A DNA stretch of 64,000 nucleotides from Candidatus Omnitrophota bacterium (GTDB lineage Bacteria > Omnitrophota > Gorgyraeia > S143-82), in NCBI GenBank assembly GCA_015494465.1, contig WGBD01000002.1, positions 131,683 through 195,682 on the forward strand, in the 5' to 3' direction. The notes below the pieces were generated by a model that saw nothing but the letters and a program-made list of their open reading frames with translations, made no database searches and was not told where the DNA came from. Positions 37,992 through 47,020 of this stretch are shown here, one piece after another. The translations under genes and the position numbers were made by a program. Numbering within the stretch: the first letter of the stretch is position 1; every line of letters begins with the position of its first letter.

Positions 37992-39010
37992 ACCTCAACC
38001 TCTATGGATCTCAAAAACTCGGCCGAATCCTCGGGAAGCATCGGATTAATGTAAAATCCCGTACCCCATTCGAATCCTGCTATCCTGGTCAATTGAGGGA
38101 TTATCTCTATGTGCCAGTGGAAGTCCTCCTCCAGCGTTATCCAGTATCCAGGCCTGTGTTTCTTTCTAAATGGCGCGGTAAAGAAGACCCAACTATACGG
38201 CGGGTCGTTGAGACCTATTTTTATCTTCAACAGCACCCGTTTTAGCATCTCCGAAAGAGGACGAAATTCCCCTGGATCGAGTTTGTAGAAGTCACAGAGA
38301 TGCCTTTTAGGTAATATCCAAGTCTCAAAAGGAAACCTACTGGCAAAGGCAGAAATGGCAATAAACGCCTCGTTCTCAGCCACTATTCTTACCTTTTGCT
38401 CCTTCTCTTGACGGATGATGTCACAAAAGATGCATCGCTCGTGATAGTTGTAATACCTACGGGCCCCGGTAAGCTTTTCCTTTACCCGCTTGGGATTTAC
38501 GGGCAAGGCTATTATGTTGGACCGGCTGTGGAATATGTTCCCTCTCTGGCGCTCACCTTCGTAGTTCTTGTATATCAGCGCATACCTTAGTCGCTCGTCC
38601 TGCTCTAGGTCTCGAATGCGCAATGCGTAAACGGATAAGACCTTATCTATCGTCTCTAAAGGCAGATCAGCGATGTTCAAGACATGCTCGGGTGTCTCCA
38701 ATACCAATTCGTGGGCACCTATCCCGTTCATTACATCGTATATACCGTGGGCCCGACGATCGATCTCTCCCTCTATTTGCAATAAACGATTCTTCCTCGG
38801 AGTCACCAAGACATGCCACCGTTCGGGATTGGAAGAATCGCGAAGGGAAAAGATCTCTGGATAATCCTCTTTGTGGGCACAGAATTCGCACTCTCCTTCG
38901 GTGGATTTATCATTCTGAGAAAGGACAAAGACATCCCTCGGGCGTTTAGACCTCTCGGTGCTTATTATGACCCACCGACCTACGACAGGATCCTTGCGAA
39001 GTTCAGGCAT
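37988..39010 (-). CDS. GalT-like HIT-family paralog with degenerate catalytic motif
   Basis: Same fold markers ('CEFCAHKE', 'HWHIEI', 'RIAGFEWGTGFY'). The catalytic loop reads 'IFHSRSNIIA' (H-S-R-S-N) instead of HxHxQ. Confidence 0.7.
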   Translation of the reverse strand: MPELRKDPVVGRWVIISTERSKRPRDVFVLSQNDKSTEGECEFCAHKEDYPEIFSLRDSSNPERWHVLVTPRKNRLLQIEGEIDRRAHGIYDVMNGIGAHELVLETPEHVLNIADLPLETIDKVLSVYALRIRDLEQDERLRYALIYKNYEGERQRGNIFHSRSNIIALPVNPKRVKEKLTGARRYYNYHERCIFCDIIRQEKEQKVRIVAENEAFIAISAFASRFPFETWILPKRHLCDFYKLDPGEFRPLSEMLKRVLLKIKIGLNDPPYSWVFFTAPFRKKHRPGYWITLEEDFHWHIEIIPQLTRIAGFEWGTGFYINPMLPEDSAEFLRSIEVEV

Positions 39011-39056
39011 GCAACCCCCTTTTAGCGCCCCTTTACTAACTTGCTCTAATTATACC

Positions 39057-40955
39057 CTACGCAATCTCCCATCGTAAAGGATTAAATTCTCTCCCGTGTC
39101 CGTCGTAGAACTTGGAAAAGAACTCGTAAAAGTGCAACCTCAGGGTCTGGATGGCCACCAAAACCGCTTCCAACACTATAACTCCAATGTTTCCAAACAG
39201 CAGTACTAGGCCGTCGAGATGGCCCCACTTGAGTAGATCCGCCAAGACGAACACCGCAATCATAAGGGCTGCGTGGTTTATAGCAAAGGCAGCCAACCGA
39301 ACGAAAGAGACCGTATTGGAGAATAATCCGATTACCGTCTCCATCAATCCAGCAATGAGCCCCTCAATCCCGTGATTCAATAACCGCGTTCCGATAACGA
39401 ATAGCCCCAACGGCCCAACGAGTGCCAAGACGCGCACCCAAACAGGCAACCCTGGCATTAACGAAAGTATCATGCCGGCATAGATCAACATGGAGACGAT
39501 TCCCCACTCACCGAACATCGCCTCCTTTATCTCGCCAAGCCTCACCTTCCTAAACACCGAAAGCCCCATTCCCAAAAACAGATACGCTATACCCACCAAT
39601 ACGGAAACGATCATCACCGGAATCGGATCCTCTATAGGGGATACCCAAAGAGGACGAATAATGTCTTCCCTTCCAAAGATACTCCCGAACAACCATCCCC
39701 AGGCCATGGCGCTTAAGCCCGAATACATCATTATCGGCCCGAAGACCTTCCGTCTCATCAACCATCCCAAAATGGCCAAGACCAACCCGTGCCCCACATC
39801 TGCAAACATCATTCCGTACATAAAAACGAAGCCTATCGACACTATCAACACCGGATTGACCTCATCGAATCCTGGATATCCGTACATCTTTACCACTTCA
39901 AAGAACGGCGATAATTCCTTAGGCAAACTATAGCTTGCCGGGATGTCCTTCTTCTCCAAAGGGACCTCGTTATCGTCTATCCACTCCAAGCAAAACAGCT
40001 CTTCCGCCTCTCGACGCAACAGCTCCTCAACCTGAGGTTTGTCCTCCTGCCTCACCCAGAAATTGAAAACCACCAGACTACTAGCCGACCTGCTCTTGGC
40101 CAAGGCGGTGACCAATTTTTTCTCCAAGGCCAACAGCTTTGCCAAATTAGAGAGCAACCCCTGGAATGTCTTCTTTTTCTCCCTCAAAAGGCCGTTGAGT
40201 TCACTGATCTCTTCCCTAGCCTCCCAAAGAGCAAACTCAAGGTCGTCTATTAATTCACTGATGTGTTCCGTCCTGCTTATGTTGGAAAGATCTACCTCTA
40301 AAAAATTCCCAGCCTTCAGAGAGGCAGATATCTTCTTCGCGTATTCTGGCGACGATAGGAGAAAGATCCCTACCCTCTCTCTAGAGATGTGGGTCCACTC
40401 TATAACCGCAGGGATGTCTTCCATCGAATCGAAAAGGAGAGGGAGGTTAGTCCTAGGCAGGCTCCCTACCCACCAGGAAACCAATTCTGGATTGAGCTCT
40501 GCCAGGTAATCCAGTCCCGAGTGAAGCAGAATCGACAAAAACCAGCTTATCTGCATCGTCTCGAAGATGAATTGCTTTCTCCTCTCGATAAGCATCACCA
40601 CCTCGGTGATGTTGGCCTCTATCTTATCTAGATCTGATGAGATCCGCTTGGATATCTCTGAAGGAACCACCGAGATTTCTCCTACAAATCGATAAAGGCC
40701 TCCCTCCCTAAGCCGAGCAGGGGAAAGATCCAGTATCCTGCAAATGGCCTCTATCCTTGATTCGAGGAGCTCGAGTCGGGACAGCTCCTCTCTAAACTCG
40801 AACTTGTAGGGCAGATCCAGAGGAAGGATGTCAAACTTATCTTCTATGTGTACTGCACCTGCGGAGAGCACCGCATCCATGAAATCTGGGATCTTATCCT
40901 CCAAGATCAGGATCCTACCCAGTGCCACCTTATCTGCCAAGAACGGATTTTTCAC
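39057..40955 (-). CDS. V/A-type ATPase subunit I (a, 116 kDa homolog)
   Basis: 632 aa. N-terminal cytoplasmic coiled-coil half, then a C-terminal polytopic membrane half with 'SFVRLAAFAINHAALM', which carries the conserved arginine helix. Confidence 0.8.
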   Translation of the reverse strand: MKNPFLADKVALGRILILEDKIPDFMDAVLSAGAVHIEDKFDILPLDLPYKFEFREELSRLELLESRIEAICRILDLSPARLREGGLYRFVGEISVVPSEISKRISSDLDKIEANITEVVMLIERRKQFIFETMQISWFLSILLHSGLDYLAELNPELVSWWVGSLPRTNLPLLFDSMEDIPAVIEWTHISRERVGIFLLSSPEYAKKISASLKAGNFLEVDLSNISRTEHISELIDDLEFALWEAREEISELNGLLREKKKTFQGLLSNLAKLLALEKKLVTALAKSRSASSLVVFNFWVRQEDKPQVEELLRREAEELFCLEWIDDNEVPLEKKDIPASYSLPKELSPFFEVVKMYGYPGFDEVNPVLIVSIGFVFMYGMMFADVGHGLVLAILGWLMRRKVFGPIMMYSGLSAMAWGWLFGSIFGREDIIRPLWVSPIEDPIPVMIVSVLVGIAYLFLGMGLSVFRKVRLGEIKEAMFGEWGIVSMLIYAGMILSLMPGLPVWVRVLALVGPLGLFVIGTRLLNHGIEGLIAGLMETVIGLFSNTVSFVRLAAFAINHAALMIAVFVLADLLKWGHLDGLVLLFGNIGVIVLEAVLVAIQTLRLHFYEFFSKFYDGHGREFNPLRWEIA

Positions 40956-41955
40956 CTAACTCAACCTCCCCTGTCCTCATAAAGCTATCGTACAACAGAG
41001 AAGCACACCTCTCTATAGCCATCTCCTGATAAAATATCCAGGCAACGATCCCTGACAGAGAACCAGGCTTTAGCCGTAGAGAATTCTTCCACAGGAATTC
41101 CATTAATCCCGCTCGTAAGGCCTGCTTGATCTCCTCTAGATCTCCGGTGTCCTCTCTAACCTGCAGAGAGAGGGACTTGGACAGTACCTCTTTCAATCTC
41201 CCAACGAACTCTTCTACCCGTTCTACCGCAAACAATCCGATAATCTTATCGGCAGAGATACTCGGAAGGGGCAGGACAAGATAATAGAAGATCTCCTCCT
41301 TGCTCATCTTATACACGAAGTGCATGCGCATACCCCAAATCACATCGTGCACGAACAAGACATACTCTACCATACGGAGCAGATCTCGATCTCGCACCTC
41401 CTCCACTAACTTCAACAGGGATTGATAATACTCGTCCTCTAAGACGGTATCCAAAAAGAACAGATCCCCTTTTTCCTTGTAATTCCGATAGGTGTGCATG
41501 AGAAAGGGGAAGATCTTCGTCCCACTAAAGGCCAATAGCATGTCCTTGTCGACGAAGCTCTCCCGGTCCACTAAAAATGCGTACTTGTCAAACAAGGGGG
41601 TCTCGGGAAAGACGAACTGTGCCACATCTCGATCGTGTTTGGAGAAGTGAAGGGCAAGTAGGATCTTGAGATTGTATATGTCGTACTTGTAGAGGAAGTA
41701 CTCAAAGAGCTCTGACTCTTTCCCCGGTAGATAGAACCGGAAATTCCTTACCTTGGCCAAGAGCCTCTCTTTCAATCCCCGCTCCACCATTCGGGGTAGG
41801 CTTTCCGCCTCCGCGGGCAGCATCCCCCTAGAGGAAAGGTAGGCCACCATCTGCTCGTATTCGGATATCTCCTCTAGTTTCTTCAGGTCCGAAGGCAGAA
41901 AAAAATCGCTCCGCAGGGCGTTTAACTTCCCGTAGAGAACACCGTACTGGGGCAT
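40930..41955 (-). CDS. V/A-type ATPase subunit C (V0 d homolog)
   Basis: 341 aa all-helical protein. 'YGVLYGKLNALRSDFF' at the N-terminus is typical of A/V-type C(d) subunits. Confidence 0.7.
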   Translation of the reverse strand: MPQYGVLYGKLNALRSDFFLPSDLKKLEEISEYEQMVAYLSSRGMLPAEAESLPRMVERGLKERLLAKVRNFRFYLPGKESELFEYFLYKYDIYNLKILLALHFSKHDRDVAQFVFPETPLFDKYAFLVDRESFVDKDMLLAFSGTKIFPFLMHTYRNYKEKGDLFFLDTVLEDEYYQSLLKLVEEVRDRDLLRMVEYVLFVHDVIWGMRMHFVYKMSKEEIFYYLVLPLPSISADKIIGLFAVERVEEFVGRLKEVLSKSLSLQVREDTGDLEEIKQALRAGLMEFLWKNSLRLKPGSLSGIVAWIFYQEMAIERCASLLYDSFMRTGEVELGEKSVLGR

Positions 41956-42272
41956 CAGATCCTCTCCGCAAGCCAGTTGGCCAGCTCTTGGGCCAATCTA
42001 TCTTTGGCAGAGTCGTAAATCTGCTTCAGCCTCTCGACATCTCCGCGATGCTTTGTGAAAAACTCCTTCTCGAACCTCTCCAATTCCTCTAACAACTGGG
42101 CCCGTTGGCTATCTATCTGCTTCAGAAACTCGGCCTTACCTTGCTCCAGATACCTCTTCGCCTCCAATTGGGCCTGTTTCTTTATCTCCTCTGCCTCCAG
42201 TTGGGCCCGATTGAGGCGGAGCTGTTGCTCCTTCTCCAGGGCTAGGACCTCCCTTAGCTTCTCCTCCAGCAT
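41955..42272 (-). CDS. V/A-type ATPase peripheral-stalk subunit G/H-like coiled-coil protein
   Basis: ~105 aa from the internal ATG. Pure coiled coil, Glu/Lys/Gln-rich (MLEEKLREVLALEKEQQ...). Sits immediately upstream of the C(d) and I(a) genes. The ORF-track start at 42404 would overlap the DUF4340 gene. Confidence 0.5.
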   Translation of the reverse strand: MLEEKLREVLALEKEQQLRLNRAQLEAEEIKKQAQLEAKRYLEQGKAEFLKQIDSQRAQLLEELERFEKEFFTKHRGDVERLKQIYDSAKDRLAQELANWLAERI

Positions 42273-42816
42273 CCTTCTCCTCCCTCTTTTGCCACTGGTC
42301 GAGTCTATCCAATCTAAAAAGATAGATGTAGTCGATGATACCAACCGTATCTCCCACCTTGGCATACCTGGCCCGGTTATAGGGTACATCCTCCCCGAAG
42401 TCAATGCGCAAGGTTTTACCGTTGGAGAACTCCAGCTTTATCCAATCTCCCCGCCCTATCTTGTATTCTTCGCGGAACGGCAATGTACGAGAAAACCTTG
42501 CCCCAAGGACATCCAGAAGAAAACCGGTCACCATCTCTTCATTCGCCGGTTTACAACTATTTCCCTCCAAGATACACCAATGCGAATTCCTTTTCTCCAA
42601 ATAGAGGGACTTGCCCTTCCAGTTTATCTCTATCCTATCGACTCGCTTCAGGAGGGCAAGCGATCCCTTCCTCGCCCACAAGCGTCCCAATCCACAGCGG
42701 ATCAGGCTATCCTTGGCCAACCACTGATAGTGGGCGTCGAACCACACCAGGGCAAAGACGACTATCAAGAGGAAGAACAAGGTAGCGTTCCTCATCTCTT
42801 TCTCCTGCGTATCCAA
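42136..42816 (-). CDS. DUF4340-like protein (commonly paired with GldG-type ABC auxiliary proteins)
   Basis: N-terminal TM helix, then a beta-rich domain. The C-terminal ~45 aa form a Gly/Pro/Glu low-complexity tail that overlaps the start of the G/H-like gene. Confidence 0.5.
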   Translation of the reverse strand: MDTQEKEMRNATLFFLLIVVFALVWFDAHYQWLAKDSLIRCGLGRLWARKGSLALLKRVDRIEINWKGKSLYLEKRNSHWCILEGNSCKPANEEMVTGFLLDVLGARFSRTLPFREEYKIGRGDWIKLEFSNGKTLRIDFGEDVPYNRARYAKVGDTVGIIDYIYLFRLDRLDQWQKREEKDAGGEAKGGPSPGEGATAPPQSGPTGGRGDKETGPIGGEEVSGAR

Positions 42817-44921
42817 ACCACCACTGCCCCGACGAGCAAGGGAATTAGGGGAAGAACGACCAGACTTATTCCGGCTAAGGCCTGCATCGTCTTAGCGGGG
42901 AGGGTCAACTTGACCAGCTTAATCTCTTTGGGAGGCAAGGAGATCCTCTCCTCTTCCCTCAACAACCAGTCCACAATAGAAAGGAGAAAGGCCTCGTTGT
43001 CCAGATTCCTTATGTTGACCGTAGTGGCGAAGTCGGAATCCGCCAATACCACCACCCTGGAATCTCCTAGCGTACCAGCCACCGCCAAAACAACCGGCCC
43101 CTTCTTATCCTTGCCTTCGTCGTACTTAAACCTATGCTGTCTCCAATCCCTTTCGATCCAGGAGGCAGGAGAGGACAAGGCAAGCTTGTCCCACTCCGTT
43201 GAGGTGCCCGCCTTCTCATCTTTCCCTTCTGAGACTTCAAGCCCGCAGGCCCCAGAGAAGAGCACAGCGGATCCAATAATCGGTTTGGTAATCGGATGGA
43301 CCCCGAAAAAGGTCACGAAGAGGTTGGCTGGGGACACTACGCTCATCCCGGGATCCACCACCAGATCCGGGTCTACCTCTATACCAAACCTCTCCCTCAT
43401 CCAATCCACGATCCCTTGCGGAACCCCCGGGTCCAGAAGGACCAACAAGGGTTTCCCGGCCTTCAAGACCTTCTCCTCTATTACCTCTTTTTCCTCCTCC
43501 AAGAGGTCAGTCTTAGGGGAGTCGAGTATCAACAGCGAACCCGTCTGCCCCTTGAGGGAAACGATCGGTCTCTGTTCTACCTCGTATCCCTGGCTCTTGA
43601 GTATCTGAACGACCTCTGCCAAGCCTCGTCCAGGTGTAGCGGAAGAGACCTTTTTCTCGCCGTGTCCAGAGGAGAAGACCAAAAGGGGTTTCCCGCTCTT
43701 CCACAGTTCCAGAACAGCAGAGGTAATCAGGGATTCCGCCTTAAACCCTGCTGGCCTCGGAGGCTCACCCCGCATCACCGGGGAATAATCCATCTCTATC
43801 AGGTCTCGAGAGGATATTACCTTGTGCTTGGGCCCGCTTATCACGATAATGGAATCGACGGGATTGAACTTAAACTTATCGAACAACTCCTTGACCAATA
43901 ACAGGTCTCGTTCGGGATCCACGATGTGGACCTTTATGTGAGGATTCGCGCTGGCGTAATCCTCTAGCAGGTTCTTGGTCCAATCGTAGACTCGACTGGT
44001 AGGCGTCAAGACCATGTAGATATCCACATCTTTGTCCAAGTCGGATAGCAAGACCTTGGACCTCTCCGATAGCCTGTAGAAGCCCTGACCAGAGAAGTCC
44101 CACTTCTTGTGATGCCTAAAGGAGATCACATTTAGTCCCGACAAGATACCCACCACCAACAAGAAGGTGATCAAGTTGGTGAATCGGTCCTTGCGCTCTA
44201 ATACCAGCCAAGCGAGCATCAGAAACAAGATGGTCAATGATAAAAAGTACACCACCGCACTGGTATCTATCACCCCAGCAGAGAAGTTCCTCTGGAACTG
44301 CTCTAACACGCTTAAATACTCCAACACCGGTCGGGCCCTGCCCACGATCAGCTGGGAGAAGACCCCTACGGTAAAGATCACTATGGTGATTACGAAAGAC
44401 AGAAAGGCACTCACCACCTGATTGGCAGAGACGGAAGAGGCGAACAGCCCCACCGCAGAAAAGAGGAAGTTTAGCAACACGACCCCCAAAAAGGCCACAC
44501 CCACCGCAGGCCAATGGAGGGGGAGTTTACCCCCCAACAGCAACAGATACACCACCGTAGAGAGCCAGAAGAGGAGCAAAATTATGTTCACCGAAAGGAA
44601 CTTCCCCAACAGGAAGTCCAACTTCGAGAGGGGCGTGGTAAACAGAGGCTCAAACATCCCCAAGCGTCTTTCCTCGCTGACACTGCGCATGGTAATGAGG
44701 GGAAGCAGGATCATCACCAATAGCCAAAAGTAGATCGTGCCCCCAAAGAATATCTCCACTGGCTCTATCTCAACCCCTCCCACGGGGGTGTTCAAGACCA
44801 TTAGGATCTGGACGAAGGCCCAAGAATTAAAGAAGAAGAACATCGCCCACAACGCGTAGACCAAGGGGCTGGAGAAGTACACCAAAAGGTCTTTAACCGC
44901 AACCGCCCATACCCGTCTCAT
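42792..44921 (-). CDS. ABC-2 type permease fused to GldG-like auxiliary domain
   Basis: The N-terminal half has six TM helices (ABC-2/GldF-like). The C-terminal half is a large soluble domain ending in a TM helix (GldG-like). The internal ATG at 44921 overlaps the stop of the ATPase gene (ATGA). Confidence 0.65.
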   Translation of the reverse strand: MRRVWAVAVKDLLVYFSSPLVYALWAMFFFFNSWAFVQILMVLNTPVGGVEIEPVEIFFGGTIYFWLLVMILLPLITMRSVSEERRLGMFEPLFTTPLSKLDFLLGKFLSVNIILLLFWLSTVVYLLLLGGKLPLHWPAVGVAFLGVVLLNFLFSAVGLFASSVSANQVVSAFLSFVITIVIFTVGVFSQLIVGRARPVLEYLSVLEQFQRNFSAGVIDTSAVVYFLSLTILFLMLAWLVLERKDRFTNLITFLLVVGILSGLNVISFRHHKKWDFSGQGFYRLSERSKVLLSDLDKDVDIYMVLTPTSRVYDWTKNLLEDYASANPHIKVHIVDPERDLLLVKELFDKFKFNPVDSIIVISGPKHKVISSRDLIEMDYSPVMRGEPPRPAGFKAESLITSAVLELWKSGKPLLVFSSGHGEKKVSSATPGRGLAEVVQILKSQGYEVEQRPIVSLKGQTGSLLILDSPKTDLLEEEKEVIEEKVLKAGKPLLVLLDPGVPQGIVDWMRERFGIEVDPDLVVDPGMSVVSPANLFVTFFGVHPITKPIIGSAVLFSGACGLEVSEGKDEKAGTSTEWDKLALSSPASWIERDWRQHRFKYDEGKDKKGPVVLAVAGTLGDSRVVVLADSDFATTVNIRNLDNEAFLLSIVDWLLREEERISLPPKEIKLVKLTLPAKTMQALAGISLVVLPLIPLLVGAVVVWIRRRKR

Positions 44922-45850
44922 CTCCCTTCCTCCTGGGTAAGCGAGAGGAATACCCGTTCTAGAGAGGTGCGTTCCCAGTCTACTTTCCGCAGATCTAAAC
45001 CCTGCGAACAACAGGCCCTCACTATCTGGTTACGGATGTCACCCTCTCCAGAGACCAGGGCCCTGTACCAGCCGTCCTTCAAGACCTCTAGACTGAAGTC
45101 TAGACTGACCGATCCCAGGCACTCCCTAATGGCGCCTTCCTCTCCCTTTATCTCGACCTCCACCTTTCGTCCCTCACCAAGCAGGTCCTCTTTACCTCCC
45201 TGAGCCACTATCCTACCCCTATCTATTATTACCACCCTATCGCAGACCGCTTCCACTTCCGTGAGTATGTGGGAAGAAAACAGGATCGTGTGCTCCTCTC
45301 TCAGTTCCCTCAGGACCTGCCTGAACCTGACCGTTTGGTTTGGATCCAGACCGATGGTAGGCTCGTCCAATAACAACACTGGGGGATTGCCCAACAGGGC
45401 GTCAGCAAAACCTAACCTCTGGCGGTACCCCTTGGACAGCCCTGCTATCAACCTCTCCGCTACATCCTCTATAAAGGCGAGGGAAACTACCCTATCTATC
45501 TCCTTCTTCACCTCTCGGGAAGGAACTCCCTTGATACCCGCTCTAAAGGCGAGGTATTCCCTCACCGTCAGCTCCGGGTAGAATGGCAAGACCTCTGGCA
45601 TGTAGCCTATCCTCGCCTTTGCCCGCGCAGGATCCTTGGTAACGCTTATCCCCTCGACCTCCACATCCCCCTGATCTGGAGAAAGATAGCCGGTTATTAT
45701 CCGGATGGTCGTGGTCTTGCCCGCCCCATTAGGCCCCAATAGACCCAGGATCTCCCCTCTGTAGACTGAAAAAGAGACGCCGTCTAGTGCGACCAAACCA
45801 CCAGGATAGACCTTTCTCAAAGACAGTACATCTAGTGAGGGAGTACGCAT
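44918..45850 (-). CDS. ABC transporter ATP-binding protein (GldA-like)
   Basis: 'GLLGPNGAGKTTT' Walker A motif, 'LSKGYRQRLGFA' signature motif, 'LLLDEPTIGLD' Walker B motif. Confidence 0.85.
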   Translation of the reverse strand: MRTPSLDVLSLRKVYPGGLVALDGVSFSVYRGEILGLLGPNGAGKTTTIRIITGYLSPDQGDVEVEGISVTKDPARAKARIGYMPEVLPFYPELTVREYLAFRAGIKGVPSREVKKEIDRVVSLAFIEDVAERLIAGLSKGYRQRLGFADALLGNPPVLLLDEPTIGLDPNQTVRFRQVLRELREEHTILFSSHILTEVEAVCDRVVIIDRGRIVAQGGKEDLLGEGRKVEVEIKGEEGAIRECLGSVSLDFSLEVLKDGWYRALVSGEGDIRNQIVRACCSQGLDLRKVDWERTSLERVFLSLTQEEGR

Positions 45851-45865
45851 AATAGGCCCTCCCTT

Positions 45866-46360
45866 TTAGGATCCCAACATCCGCTTAAGTTTGTACATAA
45901 TCCTGGGAAGGGAATATCCGTAATCGACCACATAACCGTCGGGATCTATTACGAATATCGTAGGCACACCCATTACCCCATACACACTGCCAATCGTGCC
46001 CTTCGGATCCACCCCAACCGGGAAGGTTATACCCAATGCCTTAATATAGGCCTTCACTGCGGAGGGAGGATCACCCAAAGCGACTGCGCAGAACCGCACC
46101 TTATCAGAATATTCCTTGGAGTAGGCCTCCATCTCCCGCATCGCGGTCCGGCAATGTGGGCACCAGGTGGTCCAGAACAGTAGTACAGTAAACTTATCGC
46201 TCTTGCCCCCGATCGTACACACGGACCCTTGGCTAGTCAGGCACTGGAGGTTAAACTGCGGGGCCTTTAGACTTGGGTCCTTCTCCCGTCCCATGCCCAA
46301 CGGTATCATCAGCGCCATTCCAAGACACAACAAACCGACATATCTCAGGATCTTTCTCAC
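45866..46360 (-). CDS. TlpA/ResA-like periplasmic thiol-disulfide oxidoreductase
   Basis: Signal peptide, then 'VLLFWTTWCPHCRTAM', the thioredoxin CxxC motif. Confidence 0.8.
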   Translation of the reverse strand: MRKILRYVGLLCLGMALMIPLGMGREKDPSLKAPQFNLQCLTSQGSVCTIGGKSDKFTVLLFWTTWCPHCRTAMREMEAYSKEYSDKVRFCAVALGDPPSAVKAYIKALGITFPVGVDPKGTIGSVYGVMGVPTIFVIDPDGYVVDYGYSLPRIMYKLKRMLGS

Positions 46361-47016
46361 AGCATCCTCCCCGCTTTAAACACGAAGTACACCCCCAATC
46401 CAAATAACATCCAGGCAAACAGAGCATACAGTGCGGACATCCACCGCCCTGGTCTGGGCCTTACCTTGAATATTCCCACCAATATCCCGACGACGAGATA
46501 GACCAAACCCATGCCCGAGGCGAATAAGAACAGATAAAGTCCCCCGAGAAGGGGCCCTATCTCGTGTCCTGCTATGTAGGTAAGTATCGTGAAGACCATA
46601 GGTGAGGTACAAGCAGTTGCCATTATTCCTGCACCCGCACCCAAAATTAGGGAACCCAGAAAGGTCAATTCCTCCTCTATTTTTTGAGAAAAGGAGACCG
46701 ACGGTATCTGTATCACCTTCCAATAGTGCAACGCCCCAAGGAAACAGACGATCCCTAACAGCAAATAAACATAGGGGTTTCCTGCCCACTGCCAGAGGGC
46801 CTTACTGGCCACGCCGGCCAAAAGGCCGAGCGAGGTATACACCCCAACTAGTCCCAGGTAGAAGCCAAAAGAATAAAAGATCGTCTCCCGCCAGTTCTGG
46901 GCACTAGTACCGATGTAACCAATGACCAGCGGCATAACCGGATAAACACAAGGGGTAAGACTCGCCAAGATTCCCGCCCCCACACAGGATATAGCTAATT
47001 GCCAACTCCCCGACAT
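46357..47016 (-). CDS. ccdA: cytochrome c-type biogenesis protein CcdA (DsbD membrane domain)
   Basis: 'LASLTPCVYPVMPLVIGYIG' and a second Cys-containing TM helix 'ATACTSPM'. Confidence 0.85.
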   Translation of the reverse strand: MSGSWQLAISCVGAGILASLTPCVYPVMPLVIGYIGTSAQNWRETIFYSFGFYLGLVGVYTSLGLLAGVASKALWQWAGNPYVYLLLGIVCFLGALHYWKVIQIPSVSFSQKIEEELTFLGSLILGAGAGIMATACTSPMVFTILTYIAGHEIGPLLGGLYLFLFASGMGLVYLVVGILVGIFKVRPRPGRWMSALYALFAWMLFGLGVYFVFKAGRML

Positions 47017-47020
47017 AAGG

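Noticed and set aside
42055-43608. 517-aa plus-strand ORF
   Set aside because: It is antisense to the DUF4340, V-ATPase G/H-like and GldFG genes. The Ser/Thr/Pro-rich low-complexity translation is a GC-rich antisense artefact.
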